Shown: positions 1-13,164 of the stretch, in pieces
Layout: each line of letters begins with the position of its first letter
Numbering within the stretch: the stretch's first letter is position 1
Source: Eledone cirrhosa
Taxonomy: Eukaryota
NCBI GenBank assembly: GCA_964016885.1
Contig: OZ024746.1
Location: 56,916,001-56,980,000, forward strand
DNA length: 64,000 nt
Direction of reading: 5' to 3'
Made by a program: the position numbers and the translations under genes
Notes under the pieces: generated by a model
The model's input: only the letters and a program-made list of their open reading frames with translations
Database searches by the model: none
What the model was told of the DNA's origin: nothing

Positions 1-559
1 TTTATAATATGTTTGATATTTTTGATATTTTTGGTGTTTCTCTACATTCGGGATTGTATATCGTTTAGGTGTATGCGAAAAAATGATTTAACAAAACGGC
101 CCACATGATTGCCTGCTTTAACTGCCTGATTCTACAAGTAATAATCTGCCGCACTCTAATCCTGTATAAATAAGACACGCGTGCATGCCACACGTCAGAT
201 TGTTTCATACACTGACTACTCTAAACTTTCCTCTTGCTTTATCTTCATAAACTGCCAATGTTTTATTTTTATTTTTATTTTTATTTTTATTTTTATTTTT
301 ATTTTTATTTTTTTATTTTTTTTTATTTTTTATTTTAATTTTTTTTATTTTATTTTTTTTATTATTTTTTTTTTTTTTTATTTTTTTTTTTTTTTATTTT
401 TTTTTTTATTTTATTTTTTATCCTTTAACCTATATATGTAAATTGCCATGCTAAATCATTATGATGGATGTCAACCCACCGTGGGTCAATATATGCATAT
501 GTGTTTATATGTCTCTTGTGTTGAAAAGGAGGTCAAGTATGTTATAGATCATTAAATAG

Positions 560-608
560 TTGCTCCGAAGAATCCAAACCTCGGTTTGGAGGAAAGAATT
601 GTAAGCAA
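560..608 (+). ncRNA. Type I minimal hammerhead ribozyme (probably in a solo PLE pLTR)
   Basis: TTGCT-CCGAAGA-A-TCCAAACC-TC-GGTTTGGA-G-GAAA-GAATTG-TA-AGCAA. Helix I TTGCT/AGCAA, 8-bp helix II, near-palindromic helix III, GUA triplet. Confidence 0.8.
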
Positions 609-824
609 ATAAATGATTTAAACTGAACTTGGATTATTGTAATCCCTATATAACTGCTCTGTAAAACAACTGATGTTATTACATTGAGCTATTTATCTTA
701 CTGGTAATAAGATAGTAATAAATGACTATCTTTCACTATTTGGGGTTTATATATAAAAATATATAACCATAAAAGGTTTTATTATATACATAACCATAAA
801 TAGTATCCTTAATACATTCATATG

Positions 825-901
<77 letters not shown>

Positions 902-905
<4 letters not shown>

Positions 906-1695
906 GGGAAAAATGAAAAGAAATTTCATTTCCCACTCTTAGTATGGCTCTGACTTCAATATAAGTATGTACACGTACATACATATATGTATACAGACGT
1001 ACAGTAATATGTATATATATATACATACATGCACACATATATATATGTACGTATGGATTCACCGAACATTTATTATAATGCTCGGTGTGTTTGTAAACGA
1101 ACATACGGGATGTTCGTTTACAAACACACCGAGCATTATTATAATAATGTTCAGTGAATCCATACGTACATATATAAATATATATATATATATGTGTGTT
1201 CATGTATGTATATATATATACATACTACTGTACGTCTGTATACATATATGTATGTACGTGTACATACACATATTTATGTAATAGCCGTACTAAGAGTGGG
1301 TAATTAAATTTCGTTTCATTTTTTCCGTTTATCGTTTTCGGTGCACCCGGCCGATTGGCCCACTCGATATGTAAATTGGGCTACGCAGCCGTTAATATGC
1401 ATAAGGTAAATATATACGTTCAACTGTCTGGCAGGAAGGTATACGTTGCTGACGATAATTAATAAGCTTGAAACTAGTACAGCGTTCCTTTGTTAGTGTT
1501 GAACAAACGAGCAACGATGGTTGCTGGACACTACGGCTTAATACGGGATGTTTGTTTACAACCACACCGAGCATTATAATAAATGTTCGGTGAATCCATA
1601 CGTACATATACATATGTGTGCATGTATGTATATATATATACATACTACTGTACGTCTGTATACATATATGTATGTACGTGTACATACTTATATTT
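902..1695. mobile_element. Non-coding HHR-containing repeat (family C, ~430-bp unit): inverted 5' segment plus ~1.3 tandem units; retrozyme-like
   Basis: 902-1105 is the reverse complement of the following sequence. ACGGGATGTT.GTTTACAA recurs at 1106 and 1542. (TA)n lies on both sides. A homologue is at 58998-60345. Confidence 0.75.
1444..1484 (+). ncRNA. Minimal type I hammerhead ribozyme (family C)
   Basis: CGTTG-CTGACGA-TAATTAATAAGCTT-GAAA-CTAG-TA-CAGCG, with palindromic CTAG helix III. Confidence 0.8.
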
Positions 1696-1719
1696 ATATA
1701 TATATATATATATTTATAT

Positions 1720-1841
1720 ATATTCATTCAAAATATTAACAAAAATAGAACTTCATTGTGATCAAGTATATTGTATTATGTATAATACAATATACTTGAT
1801 GACAATGAAGTTCTATTTTTGTTAATATTTTGAATGAATAT
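1720..1841. repeat. Near-perfect ~120-bp palindrome next to (TA)n
   Basis: TATTCATTCAAAATATTAACAAAAATAGAACTTCATTGT... pairs with ...ACAATGAAGTTCTATTTTTGTTAATATTTTGAATGAATA. Confidence 0.85.
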
Positions 1842-1971
1842 TAATAAATCCGGAAAATGTCTAGATGCTGAGTGCTTCCAATCTATTGTAAAACTAAATC
1901 TTTGATTTATGCATCGAACCTTGTTTAACATTTAAATATATATATATATATATATATACATATATATAGTA

Positions 1972-2096
1972 ATAATTGTTTCTACTTTAGGCACAAGACC
2001 AGCATTTACCCAGTACATTACTGCTACTTTATTTTATCGACCCCGTAAGGATGAAAGGCAAAGTCAACCTCGGCGGGATTTGAACTTAATACTGCC

Positions 2097-2097
<1 letters not shown>
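1972..2097 (-). mobile_element. tRNA-derived SINE, partial
   Basis: The minus strand reads GTTCAAATCC (B box), then GCCTTTCATCCTTACGGGGTCGATAAAATAAA. Same family as 10315, 21233, 37025 and 52582. Confidence 0.8.
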
Positions 2098-2876
<779 letters not shown>

Positions 2877-3346
2877 GTTTGTTTGTGTATGTATGTGTAT
2901 TTATATATGATACACATATATGTATGAACGTACGACACACTCAAGTGATCTTTATAGAATTGATACCACCTATAGTTTTCTATATGCACATCTACATCTT
3001 ACCATACAACACTGAAGAAAACAATACAATAAATCCCTAAAGGAAAATGAGAAGCTCTACAAGATCACATTTATTCTTTAATGAAAACAAAATATTAAAA
3101 TGCATGCGACTGTTTTCAGGAAATGTCTCTCACTACTTCACTCCGTATGTGTATGTTCATATATATATATATACATACACATATACTATGGAACGCACAC
3201 ACGTAGACACTTTCACACACACATATACACACACATATATATATATATTTATATATATATATATGATATATATATATATATATATACATACGCACACACA
3301 CACACTCACATTAATATGTGTGAGTGCGTGTACGTGCCTGCATGTT

Positions 3347-3393
<47 letters not shown>

Positions 3394-4230
3394 TGTATAT
3401 ATATATGCATGTCTTTATGCATTTATTTGTTATTTTGTGTCCATACTTTTAGCGATGCATATAACTTCGTGTGTTTTCCTTAATGAAATAATAAAATAAA
3501 TATAATATATATAAAATTAAGGATATAGATAAATTTATGGGAGTGAAGTTCCCCTTAGAGACTTCTGAAGTGAAATACAAAACATTTTTTTTTTCCAATT
3601 GTTAGAAACAGTTTATTTTTCTTCTCATCATCGTGCTTGTCATTTATGTTTCTTTTTAGTTTAAGTTATATTTCATTTTTGGTTTTCTTGTAGTATTTCT
3701 GTTTTTATTATCAGATACATAGCGAATATTCTTATAACACGCAGAAAATAAAGAATACAAGAAAATGAGAGCAGAAATATCTGCGAGAATGTTTAAAGAA
3801 AACTAAGACGGCATGAAACTTAGAGAATGCTTTAAAAAAGGCTTTAGTAAAGATTGTTTTTGACTTTATGTATTATGTATTGTATCTTTTGTACAACTGT
3901 TGCGATTGTTTTTTTAAATATTGGCGTTGAATTTGTTACAATTGTTTATTTTTTTCTCTATTTCTTTGACTTTCATGTTTTCAATTCTGTCAATATGAAT
4001 GAGGATTACAATTCCTTTTCGTTTTCTCATTGAAGGAAAATATACTTAAGGAAGCAGGGACGCGAAGAAATTAAAAGGAAAAATAATAAACCAAACATTA
4101 AAAAAATATTGGCATATATCGTCAGAAAGAAAATAATGATATTATACACAGTTTGAAAATTATGAATATTCTTATATGCAATATTATGCAGTAAAATAGA
4201 TGTAGGAACGTACAGAATGTATGTATGTAG

Positions 4231-4263
<33 letters not shown>

Positions 4264-4563
4264 GGGGGGGGGGGGGGCATGTGTGCGTTTATACACATGT
4301 ATATTCAGAATAGAGTACCGAGTAAAATGAGTAGGGGTATATATATTAATGAGAAAAATGTAAACTCTTTTTCCTTTTGTTGTAATCCATACCCACTCAC
4401 ATCAATCGCACATGCACACATGCATTATGTCATTATTACTGTATACATATATATACACACACATATTTATATATATAAAATTTGAATTCCAACATTATTA
4501 TTAATGTTTGATATAACCTATACGTACATATGTATATGTAGGTATGTGTGTATGTATGTATAA

Positions 4564-4601
<38 letters not shown>

Positions 4602-4700
4602 TTATATTATATATATTTATAAGTATATATATATATATATATACTTATCTATATAAATATATATATATATTTATTTATATATATATATATATATTTATAC

Positions 4701-4759
<59 letters not shown>

Positions 4760-4825
4760 TATACATATATTTATACCTTTATATATATATATATATTTAT
4801 ATACATACTTATGCTTACTTATATG

Positions 4826-4987
<162 letters not shown>

Positions 4988-5155
4988 GAGTACGAAAAAA
5001 ATGAACATTTATATTACCTTTTTGTTCTTTCTAGAACACATTCAACAACACGTATAAACGTATAAAATGAAGTCTGTTATCCTATTGTTTGAGCTTAAGT
5101 ATGGCTTTTTCGGTTTATAAATTCAGACTGCAATGACAAAACATATATATCTATA

Positions 5156-5224
<69 letters not shown>

Positions 5225-5332
5225 TATTAAAAATATTAACAAATGAAGAATATTCACATAATCAAAATATATGCTTTATTATATATATTTCAAAGGTACT
5301 GTATTGTTTAAATGAACCATATTAATCTCTGG

Positions 5333-5407
<75 letters not shown>

Positions 5408-5409
<2 letters not shown>

Positions 5410-5971
5410 GGATAACAAGTTATCGTTTTAGGTAATCCAGTTAAAGGCTGTGCGTACTCTGTATTGCGGATAGTTTTAACGTACGGCGTTTTTTGACTCA
5501 ACAAGATATTTCCATATTTAGGTAGCGAGTTCGCGAAAATTCCGATACAGTTTATTCTTGGAGTAATAGTAGTGTTTTCTCTAACGTCATCACTACTTTA
5601 CACATTTACTTACTCACCACTCTAACTTCAACTACCGCCACCACCACTACTATTATCAGCAATCGTATTCTGTACTTATCTTTGACATCTTTATCATCTT
5701 CATTCCAACATCTTTATTATTATCTTTTATTATCTTTTATTATTGATGTTATTATTTTGATTCTCCGATGTATCTATAAATGCTAATGCCATGTGTTAAA
5801 CCCTCCAGTATTCCGATGAATTGATCAGAGACACACACTGTATTTAATGTCGAGTGACGCAACTTCGAATGATTAGCGGCCTTTAGACTTACCTGATCAA
5901 TGAAACAATTTTTAATACTATAATTAAAACGCTTTTTGTACAGCCGACCATGTTATTTATCCCCCTTTAAC

Positions 5972-5975
<4 letters not shown>
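5408..5975 (+). mobile_element. PLE family B pLTR remnant with inverted tail
   Basis: The HHR and downstream ATTAAAA..TTTTTGTA.AGC.ACCATGT resemble 46989-47135. 5408-5516 resembles 45169-45283 (TTTGACTCAACAAG). Confidence 0.6.
5808..5918 (+). ncRNA. Hammerhead ribozyme with extended stem II (degenerate cleavage site)
   Basis: GTATT-CCGATGA-ATTGATCAG-(64 nt)-CTGATCAAT-GAAA-CAATTT-TT-AATAC. Confidence 0.7.
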
Positions 5976-6012
<37 letters not shown>

Positions 6013-6021
<9 letters not shown>

Positions 6022-6329
6022 AGAAAACGAAACATTAGTGATGCATCTGGACTTAGTTTATTTCGTTTTACATATGTTTCGCCGGCATGTAGCTCGAGTC
6101 ATGGTCCTTGCATGGATCTAGCTGATTCTACTTTCTGCAGGTTCTTTCAGACACGGGTGTTACGTCCGGAGCAAAGGACGTAACACCCGTGTCTGAAAGA
6201 ACCTGCAGAAGTAGAATCTCCCAGATCCATACAAGGACCATGACTCGAGCTACATGCCGGCGAAACATATGTAAAACGAAATAAACTAAGTGCAGATGCA
6301 TCACTGATTTTTCGTTTTCTTTATAATAT
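6013..6329. repeat. ~155-bp-arm palindrome containing the 3' half of an HHR (inverted truncated pLTR)
   Basis: The arms mirror around GTTACGTCC-GGAGCAAA-GGACGTAAC. GAAACATATGTAAAAC lies at ~6262-6277. Confidence 0.85.
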
Positions 6330-6406
6330 TACGCTCTACTCTGATGAATATCCAGTGCTAATTTTGGCATACCACCTATGGAAGCACTATAGCTACCACT
6401 ATACAC

Positions 6407-6463
<57 letters not shown>

Positions 6464-6496
6464 TAAAATGTGGAGAAAGAGCACACGAGTTGGAAT

Positions 6497-6584
6497 ATAT
6501 ATATGAAAATAGTGAGAAAATGACGATTATTAGGTAGAAAAAAAAAATTTTCTTCCTAATAATCGTCTTGTTTTCCCTATTTTC

Positions 6585-6590
<6 letters not shown>
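6497..6590. repeat. Imperfect short palindrome between (TA)n tracts
   Basis: ATATGAAAATAG...GACGATTATTAGG pairs with CCTAATAATCGTC...CTATTTTCATAT. Confidence 0.7.
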
Positions 6591-6631
<41 letters not shown>

Positions 6632-6969
6632 GTAATAATAATAAAATTGAAGACTAAAATCCAAAGAGGGCTCGATAAGGAAAATATATATCAAATATAT
6701 AAGAACTCTAGAGCAAATATTTATTAAAATAACAGATTAAAGTTTAAGCAAAGAATCGCTGCTTTCACCCTTAACGGGATTTTCTGAAACTAACAAAGTC
6801 AATCTGTAAACGCAGAACTGGATATTTCAAAAAACGTTGCAACCGGAGGAAGACAGGAAGACGATACTTTGGTTCGTGGAAACGTCTGTTGGCAAAGAAC
6901 GGGAAAAAACGAATAATACGTCATTAATAGGAGCGATGAAAAACAATTACGCGCAAAGACAGAACCACG

Positions 6970-8483
6970 TTAGTAAAACGATACTTGATAGAATTATACC
7001 TGAAATTAGAAGTTTGGCCCCTCTCGCAGTGTGGAACAATTCTTTCGCGGTGATTGATTGGTTCAACGGCATATGTAACAATGAACATTGCCGTTTTATC
7101 CAATTCGACATCAACAATTACTACTCCTCCATCACGTTACCACTTCTCCTTAGAGCTATCAATTTCGGTAAAACACTCACAGTGGTTAAGGATTTCGAAG
7201 TTGATGTCATCCTTAATGCCCGAAAGTCGGTGATTAATTTCGATGACTCTATTTGGATAAAAAAATCCAATAGTACCCCATTCGACGTGAGTATGGGCGC
7301 CAGTGACCTTGCGGAGGTTACTGATCTTATTGGCCTTTTCCTTCTTTTCTCCATCAAGGACGAATTCCCCAACGCGGGCGGTGGTTTGTACCGTGACGAT
7401 GGTCTTTTGACTATGACTAAGTGCGGACCTCGTGCTTGCGACAGGTTCAGATAAAAACTCACAGCCTTCTTTAAAAGCTTCAACCTCTCTATACAGGTTG
7501 AGGCCAATCTCTCGGTCGTTAATTACCTCGATGTTACCCTCAATTTATTGAATGGGTGGTATTACCCGTATAGAAAGCCGAATGATACTCTTAATTACAT
7601 AAGTAAGCATTCCAACCATCCTGCCAGCATAACCAAGAACCTGGTAAAAAACGTTTCGTTGAGACTTTCCCGTCTTTCCACCAACGAGCGCATTTACAAC
7701 GACCATTCCACTTATTACAATGAAGCTCTTGCTCGAAGCGGATTTGTCGATAAGGTAGCATATACAGAGTACGAAAATAGACCTAGAAGAAATAGATGCC
7801 GTCGCATTTGTTGGTTTAACCCACCTTATAATATGGAGGTGGCCACACCATTAGCTAAGATCTTTCTTTCCCTTATTACGAAGCATTTTCCCCCTACACA
7901 TAAAGATAGTAACATTTTTAATAGAAATACTATTAACATTTCTTACTCTACGACTCCTACCCTTGCACATAACATCACAGCTTCAAATTTAGCTAAACTA
8001 CCTAGCCGTAGGAACACGTGCGACCCTGTAGTTAGTAATAACTGTAATTGTAGGAATCGGGCTGATCGCCCCCTATCCGGGAAATGCCTCTTTAGTAACA
8101 TTGTCTACTAATGTAAGGATGTAACACCCACGTCCCGTAGGGCCTACATAGGGTTAACCGCCAATAGTTTCAAGCAGCGTCTTTACATGCATACCCATTC
8201 TTTTCGTTACCCTCAAAGAAGGAATATGACGTCACTTTCAGCTTATATCTGGAGTCTAAAAGACAACCACACCCAATATAAGTTACACTGGGAGATCCTA
8301 GCTAGGGCTAGATCGTATAACGGAAATAAAAGACCATGTGACCTCAGCGCCGCTGAGGCCCTGCAAATACTCTACGCCACAGATCACATCTTAAACCCAA
8401 AACCTGAGGCAATTTCGGCTTGTAAACATAAATTGCACAAAACTTTCCTGTATTACAGCCCCACGTTATACCCTAACGGATAG
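6970..8483 (+). pseudogene. PLE RT + GIY-YIG endonuclease, interrupted by stop codons
   Basis: Motifs FIQFDINNYYSSI, MGASDLAE, GLYRDDGL, NYLDVTL, SNHP, WFNPPY, CNC..CL..IVY, YIG, CDL and CKH. In-frame stops at 7452 and 8109. Confidence 0.93.
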
Positions 8484-9411
8484 CACGATCTATACGTGGT
8501 TATTTTACGTCTTGATGTGGGAGCTAAGTATATGTTTTGTTTATTCCTTTACTTATTTGCATAGGTAAGTATATATTACCCGTATGTTTTGTGAAGGTAT
8601 GTATACCTTCTCGTACGTATATTTGACTGTTATGGCGTATAATTTTTACATATTCTGGCATTTAGGGTTTGGCTATGTGTATACGGGAGTTTTGCGTCTG
8701 CGTGAGTATGCAGGTTCGTACGTATGGTGGGTGTGTGTAGATGTGTACTTCTTGTTTTAGTTGACTTACGTCTCCGAACATTCGTGTATTTATTTGTAGG
8801 TATGAGTGAGCGCTTGTTATATACGTATTTATTTACTTATATACGTTTACATAATTATTTATTTATTTGTACACAAGCATACACACACACACATATTTAT
8901 ATGTGCGTTATTTTGTATACCTATGGTAAGGTTTTGCGTATGCTTGTGTATGTACGTATCTGTTTGCGTGTATGTATTTATTTGTTTCTATTACTTCTGT
9001 ATTGTATTTATTTACTTTGTTCTTAACCCTGTAGCGGAGATTCATTTGGTCTCCTAGTTAGAATTTTAGTCTACAACTTCTGATATACCATTTACGTGGT
9101 TTTGTCTTTGCGTGCTATTGTTCTCCACGCTCCACATATGACTTATTATCTTAGTTTTTTCGTTCAATGCCAGAGAACGTCTCTATGCACCACCTAAGAG
9201 AACATTAGTCTACGACCTCTTTTATACCATAAACGTGGTTCTGTCTTTGCGCGTAATTGTTTTTCACCGCTCCTATTAATGACGTATTATTCGTTTTTTC
9301 CCGTTATTTGCCAGCGAACGTTTGCCCGAACCAAAGTATCGTCTTCCTGTCTTCCTCCGGTTGCAACGTTTTTTGAAATATCCAGTTCTGCGTTTACAGA
9401 TTGACTTTGTT

Positions 9412-9462
9412 AGTTTCAGAAGATCCCGTTAAGGGTGAAAGCAGCGATTCTTTGCTTAAACT
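9412..9462 (+). ncRNA. Hammerhead ribozyme variant (family A)
   Basis: AGTTT-CAGAAGA-TCCCGTTAAGGGT-GAAA-GCAG..TTGC-TT-AAACT. An inverted, core-mutated copy is at 6741-6791. Confidence 0.65.
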
Positions 9463-9478
9463 TTAATCTGTTATTTTA

Positions 9479-9529
<51 letters not shown>

Positions 9530-9612
9530 GAGAGAGAGAGATAGATATGTATATACACACACATATATATATATACATGTATATACGCACACACAGACAC
9601 ACACACACACAG

Positions 9613-9703
<91 letters not shown>

Positions 9704-10314
9704 ACGTTTGTTCTTATAACAAGTTGTCTTGTAATCCTTTCGTTTATATTTTATAACGGATCGGAATAGATTCAATCAAATATAGTAGCATTGAGGATTG
9801 AAAGATTTAAGTATAATTATCATCAATTAATTACAGTATGATTTTAGTTCCGAAGGAAAGAAAACCTATTTTAATTCTCATACATGCAACAAGATCGTCA
9901 TACGTTTTAGCAACTAGTGGCTCCATCCTCCCGTCCGGGGACCTGAACACATGTGAGATTCGTTAGTGAGTTGTAATATACGCCGTCTCCATGGTATACC
10001 TGGCGTAGTCTATTCCAGTCCAGCTGTGATAGAACGATACATGTGTAATTTGTCACAGTTCTAAACTGGTACTTTATTTATCAATCTAAAATGGCTGTAA
10101 GACAAATTTGAGATATGTGTGATTAGAAATCAATGTGGTGAACAAATATAGCAATGCATTTTATATGATGTTTTAACTTTTGTTCATTTCCTCGCCTTAC
10201 GGAGAGTTAGTAAACGATGAATGAGTCCCAGAATGTGATTGATATATTTTCAACACCGAATGCGTGGTTCCGTAATTAATGATTTCTAGTATAGGCAGAA
10301 GGCCAGTATTTTCT

Positions 10315-10476
10315 TTTCGGGGGGAGTCGATTAAATCGACCCACTGAATTACTGGTTTTATCGACCCCTTAAATATGAAAGGCAAAGTTAACCTCAGCGG
10401 TAATTGAACTCAGACCGTAAAGGACCGTAACTCTATGCTGCAAAGCATGGTGTCCGACTCTACCGATACTGCCAAT
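10315..10476 (-). mobile_element. tRNA-derived SINE
   Basis: The minus strand has the A box TGGCAGTATCGG, a B-box-like GAGTTCAATTACC and GCCTTTCAT...GGGGTCGATAAAA. Confidence 0.75.
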
Positions 10477-11949
10477 CCCCCCCCCCCGGTTCCGTAATTA
10501 ATAACATAAGAAATGTTTACGGATTTATTAATTCTATCAATTAACTATCCGCACAAAATCAGTAGAAGTTAATTTTAACATGCATATAAGACCTAAGATG
10601 GGGAGAGGAATTGTATGTATTGTTAATCTCCCACATTTCTTTCTGATTACTTTCTGATTTGAATTCAGAACGTGAAATCTTGGAAACATTTTGCGATACT
10701 AAGACAACAACTGGAATAATTCCACTTTTAAAAGGTTTTGAATGTATGCATTTACAGTAACGTAAGACATAGGTCTTTAACATATTACAAGATGACTATA
10801 TTGCCGGAATCAATCACAAGAACACCATGCATGTAACATTAGCATGAACATGATTGATGTTTTCAGAGTTTTATGTCATGGGTGGACATTTGAACTACAT
10901 GCACAGCTCATATTTCCCTGCTGAGTGGACTTAATCAACGTTCATGCTTTGTTTTCAAACACACCATGACATCAAACGCATAGTTATGTCTATAATCACC
11001 ATGCTTCTTTCCGGTTACTTCAGGCTGGTTTGTTAATGTTACATAGCAGAATAATGTTCCTGTCCCTATATAAAACCTCCTCCAGTTTTGGGGAGTTAAA
11101 TGTTAAATACGTTACCAATTTAAATTAAACAATTTGCCTCTAACGTAAAGTCCATTTTTTAATATCTATCTGAAGGAATTAAGTCAAAGTGACCACGGTG
11201 AGGTTTGAACATAGACAGATACTAAGTACACATTACAGCTGATACTTCCTTTAAAATACCAGTAAAATTTGCAGAGACAAGAGAATAAGTAAAACGGACA
11301 AATAACTGTTAAATAAAGAACATACTCTTTGGCGTAGTGCAATAATATATTTATACCGAATTCAAAACCTCGTTTATTAAACATTCTAACGTATCAATTA
11401 CCCGTACTTTTAATGGGAATCTAAAGTAGTCTGCGTTTGAAAAAAAAACAATATAAAACAACGAAAAAAAAAATTATAATATGTATATCGTGCTGAGACG
11501 CAAATATTAAGGACTCCAACTACAAAATGATCCTCCTGATAGAGAATTTTTTTTATATATATTAATGGTAACGCTAATTATTAAGATGATCTGTGCTTTC
11601 GTGGCTAAGCCTTTCTCTGAATTTATAAGGATATTGTCAGTGAATTTATCACATCGAACAGTTAGCCTTGATCTCTTTTAGATGGATCTCTATGGAAGAC
11701 TTATATCTAAATACGAACTGATTTATATTCGAATGAAGAACAAAAATAGACATAACTAAATAATATAACGCCTCATTATTAATGTTCTACTGGTAAAGTC
11801 ATATTCTATTTATTTATATTTTTCCACTTGGTAGATCAAGAAGGTGTTTGAATGGTCATGACTTCGAAGAATACGTAGCTTGATATCATACACCGTACAT
11901 ATATTAATTTTTAAAGGCTAGCACAAATACATATATAGGTGAAGTAATC

Positions 11950-12385
11950 ATCTCCAGTATTTGATCGGTATTTTATTTATCGACCTCAGAATAATAAAGC
12001 ATCAAGCTGAACTCACTAGAATTTGATCACACGAAGTAAAATGGATCAATTAAATAAATTAGCAAGCCCGGCCTACACACGGTATTCATAAAATATAGGA
12101 AATGTTGATGAATGATAAAGTCGATTGTATCAACCTGATTATTTCATGGGTATTAATTTAAGAACTCCAGAATGATGAAAGTTAAAGTTAACCTCGCAAA
12201 GGAAACATGCACAACTATTACATCACAATCCAATTTGATATTCATAGTTATAATACATGATAAGAAATGTTAGTGGGTGGAAATGTCGACACTATCAACT
12301 TCAGTAGTTTAATTTATTGACGATTTTAATTTATCAAGTCCCGAAAGATGAAAGTTAAACTCAACCTCTGTAGATTTGGAACTGA
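11950..12385 (-). mobile_element. Three degenerate SINE core fragments
   Basis: TTTATCGACCTCAGAAT at ~11977, and GATGAAAGTTAAA.T.AACCTC at ~12174 and ~12348. Confidence 0.45.
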
Positions 12386-12560
12386 CTATCTAAAAGCAGG
12401 CAACTTAGTACAGCAATATATGAATATCTGGCAATCTAAGGGTTTCTCTCAGCCCCTGCCTATACTGTAGAATTAACAGTAATTAGAAGTGTACGTGATG
12501 ACGATGTTTAATAATGTATCTGTGAATCTGAGTATACACACACACACACACACATAAACA

Positions 12561-12671
<111 letters not shown>

Positions 12672-13164
12672 AAGTTAACACCGAGTGAAATAATGATCTA
12701 AATAAATATGGTGCAACGTTGGTGCCAGATCATATCAGTATTATATAATGGTTTAACTCAGAACAGAAATCAACTTTTAACCCTATGAAAGCAAACGTTA
12801 TGATAATTATGTAATGTTGGCCATTCACTTTACTCCTAGGATTCACAGAGAGACAAACACAACCACACATATAACCCCCCCCCCCCCACCACACACACAC
12901 ACACATGCATGTTTTTCTGTGGGATTTCTTTTAATTTATCACCCGGTTTTGGGGGGATCCGAGATAGGCGTATGAAACCTTTTCAATTTTGTTTATTATG
13001 GATCGGCAATGGTGATATTAACCAATATTTGTACTAACTTTGCATTTTGTCCTAGGTAGATGTGGCTATTTACACTTACAGCGTGTGCATAAGGTCTCGC
13101 TTAGTGAATAGTGGCATATTCTGAGGTTTCGTGTATGTGTTCACTTAATATAACTTACATTTCA

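Larger units (their letters stand above)
6631..9482 (+). mobile_element. Penelope-like retroelement family A, 5'-truncated with inverted pLTR
   Basis: 6631-6970 is the reverse complement of the family A pLTR and tail. RT and EN reading frames span 6970-8483, followed by a 3' UTR with HHR. (TA)n lies on both sides. Confidence 0.93.

Noticed and set aside
6338-6400. CTGATGA as a hammerhead core
   Set aside because: No matching GAAA, helix III and helix I were found before the (TA)n.
6837-6970. N-terminus of the 205-aa ORF as genuine protein
   Set aside because: It is the antisense pLTR fused by chance in frame to the truncated RT.
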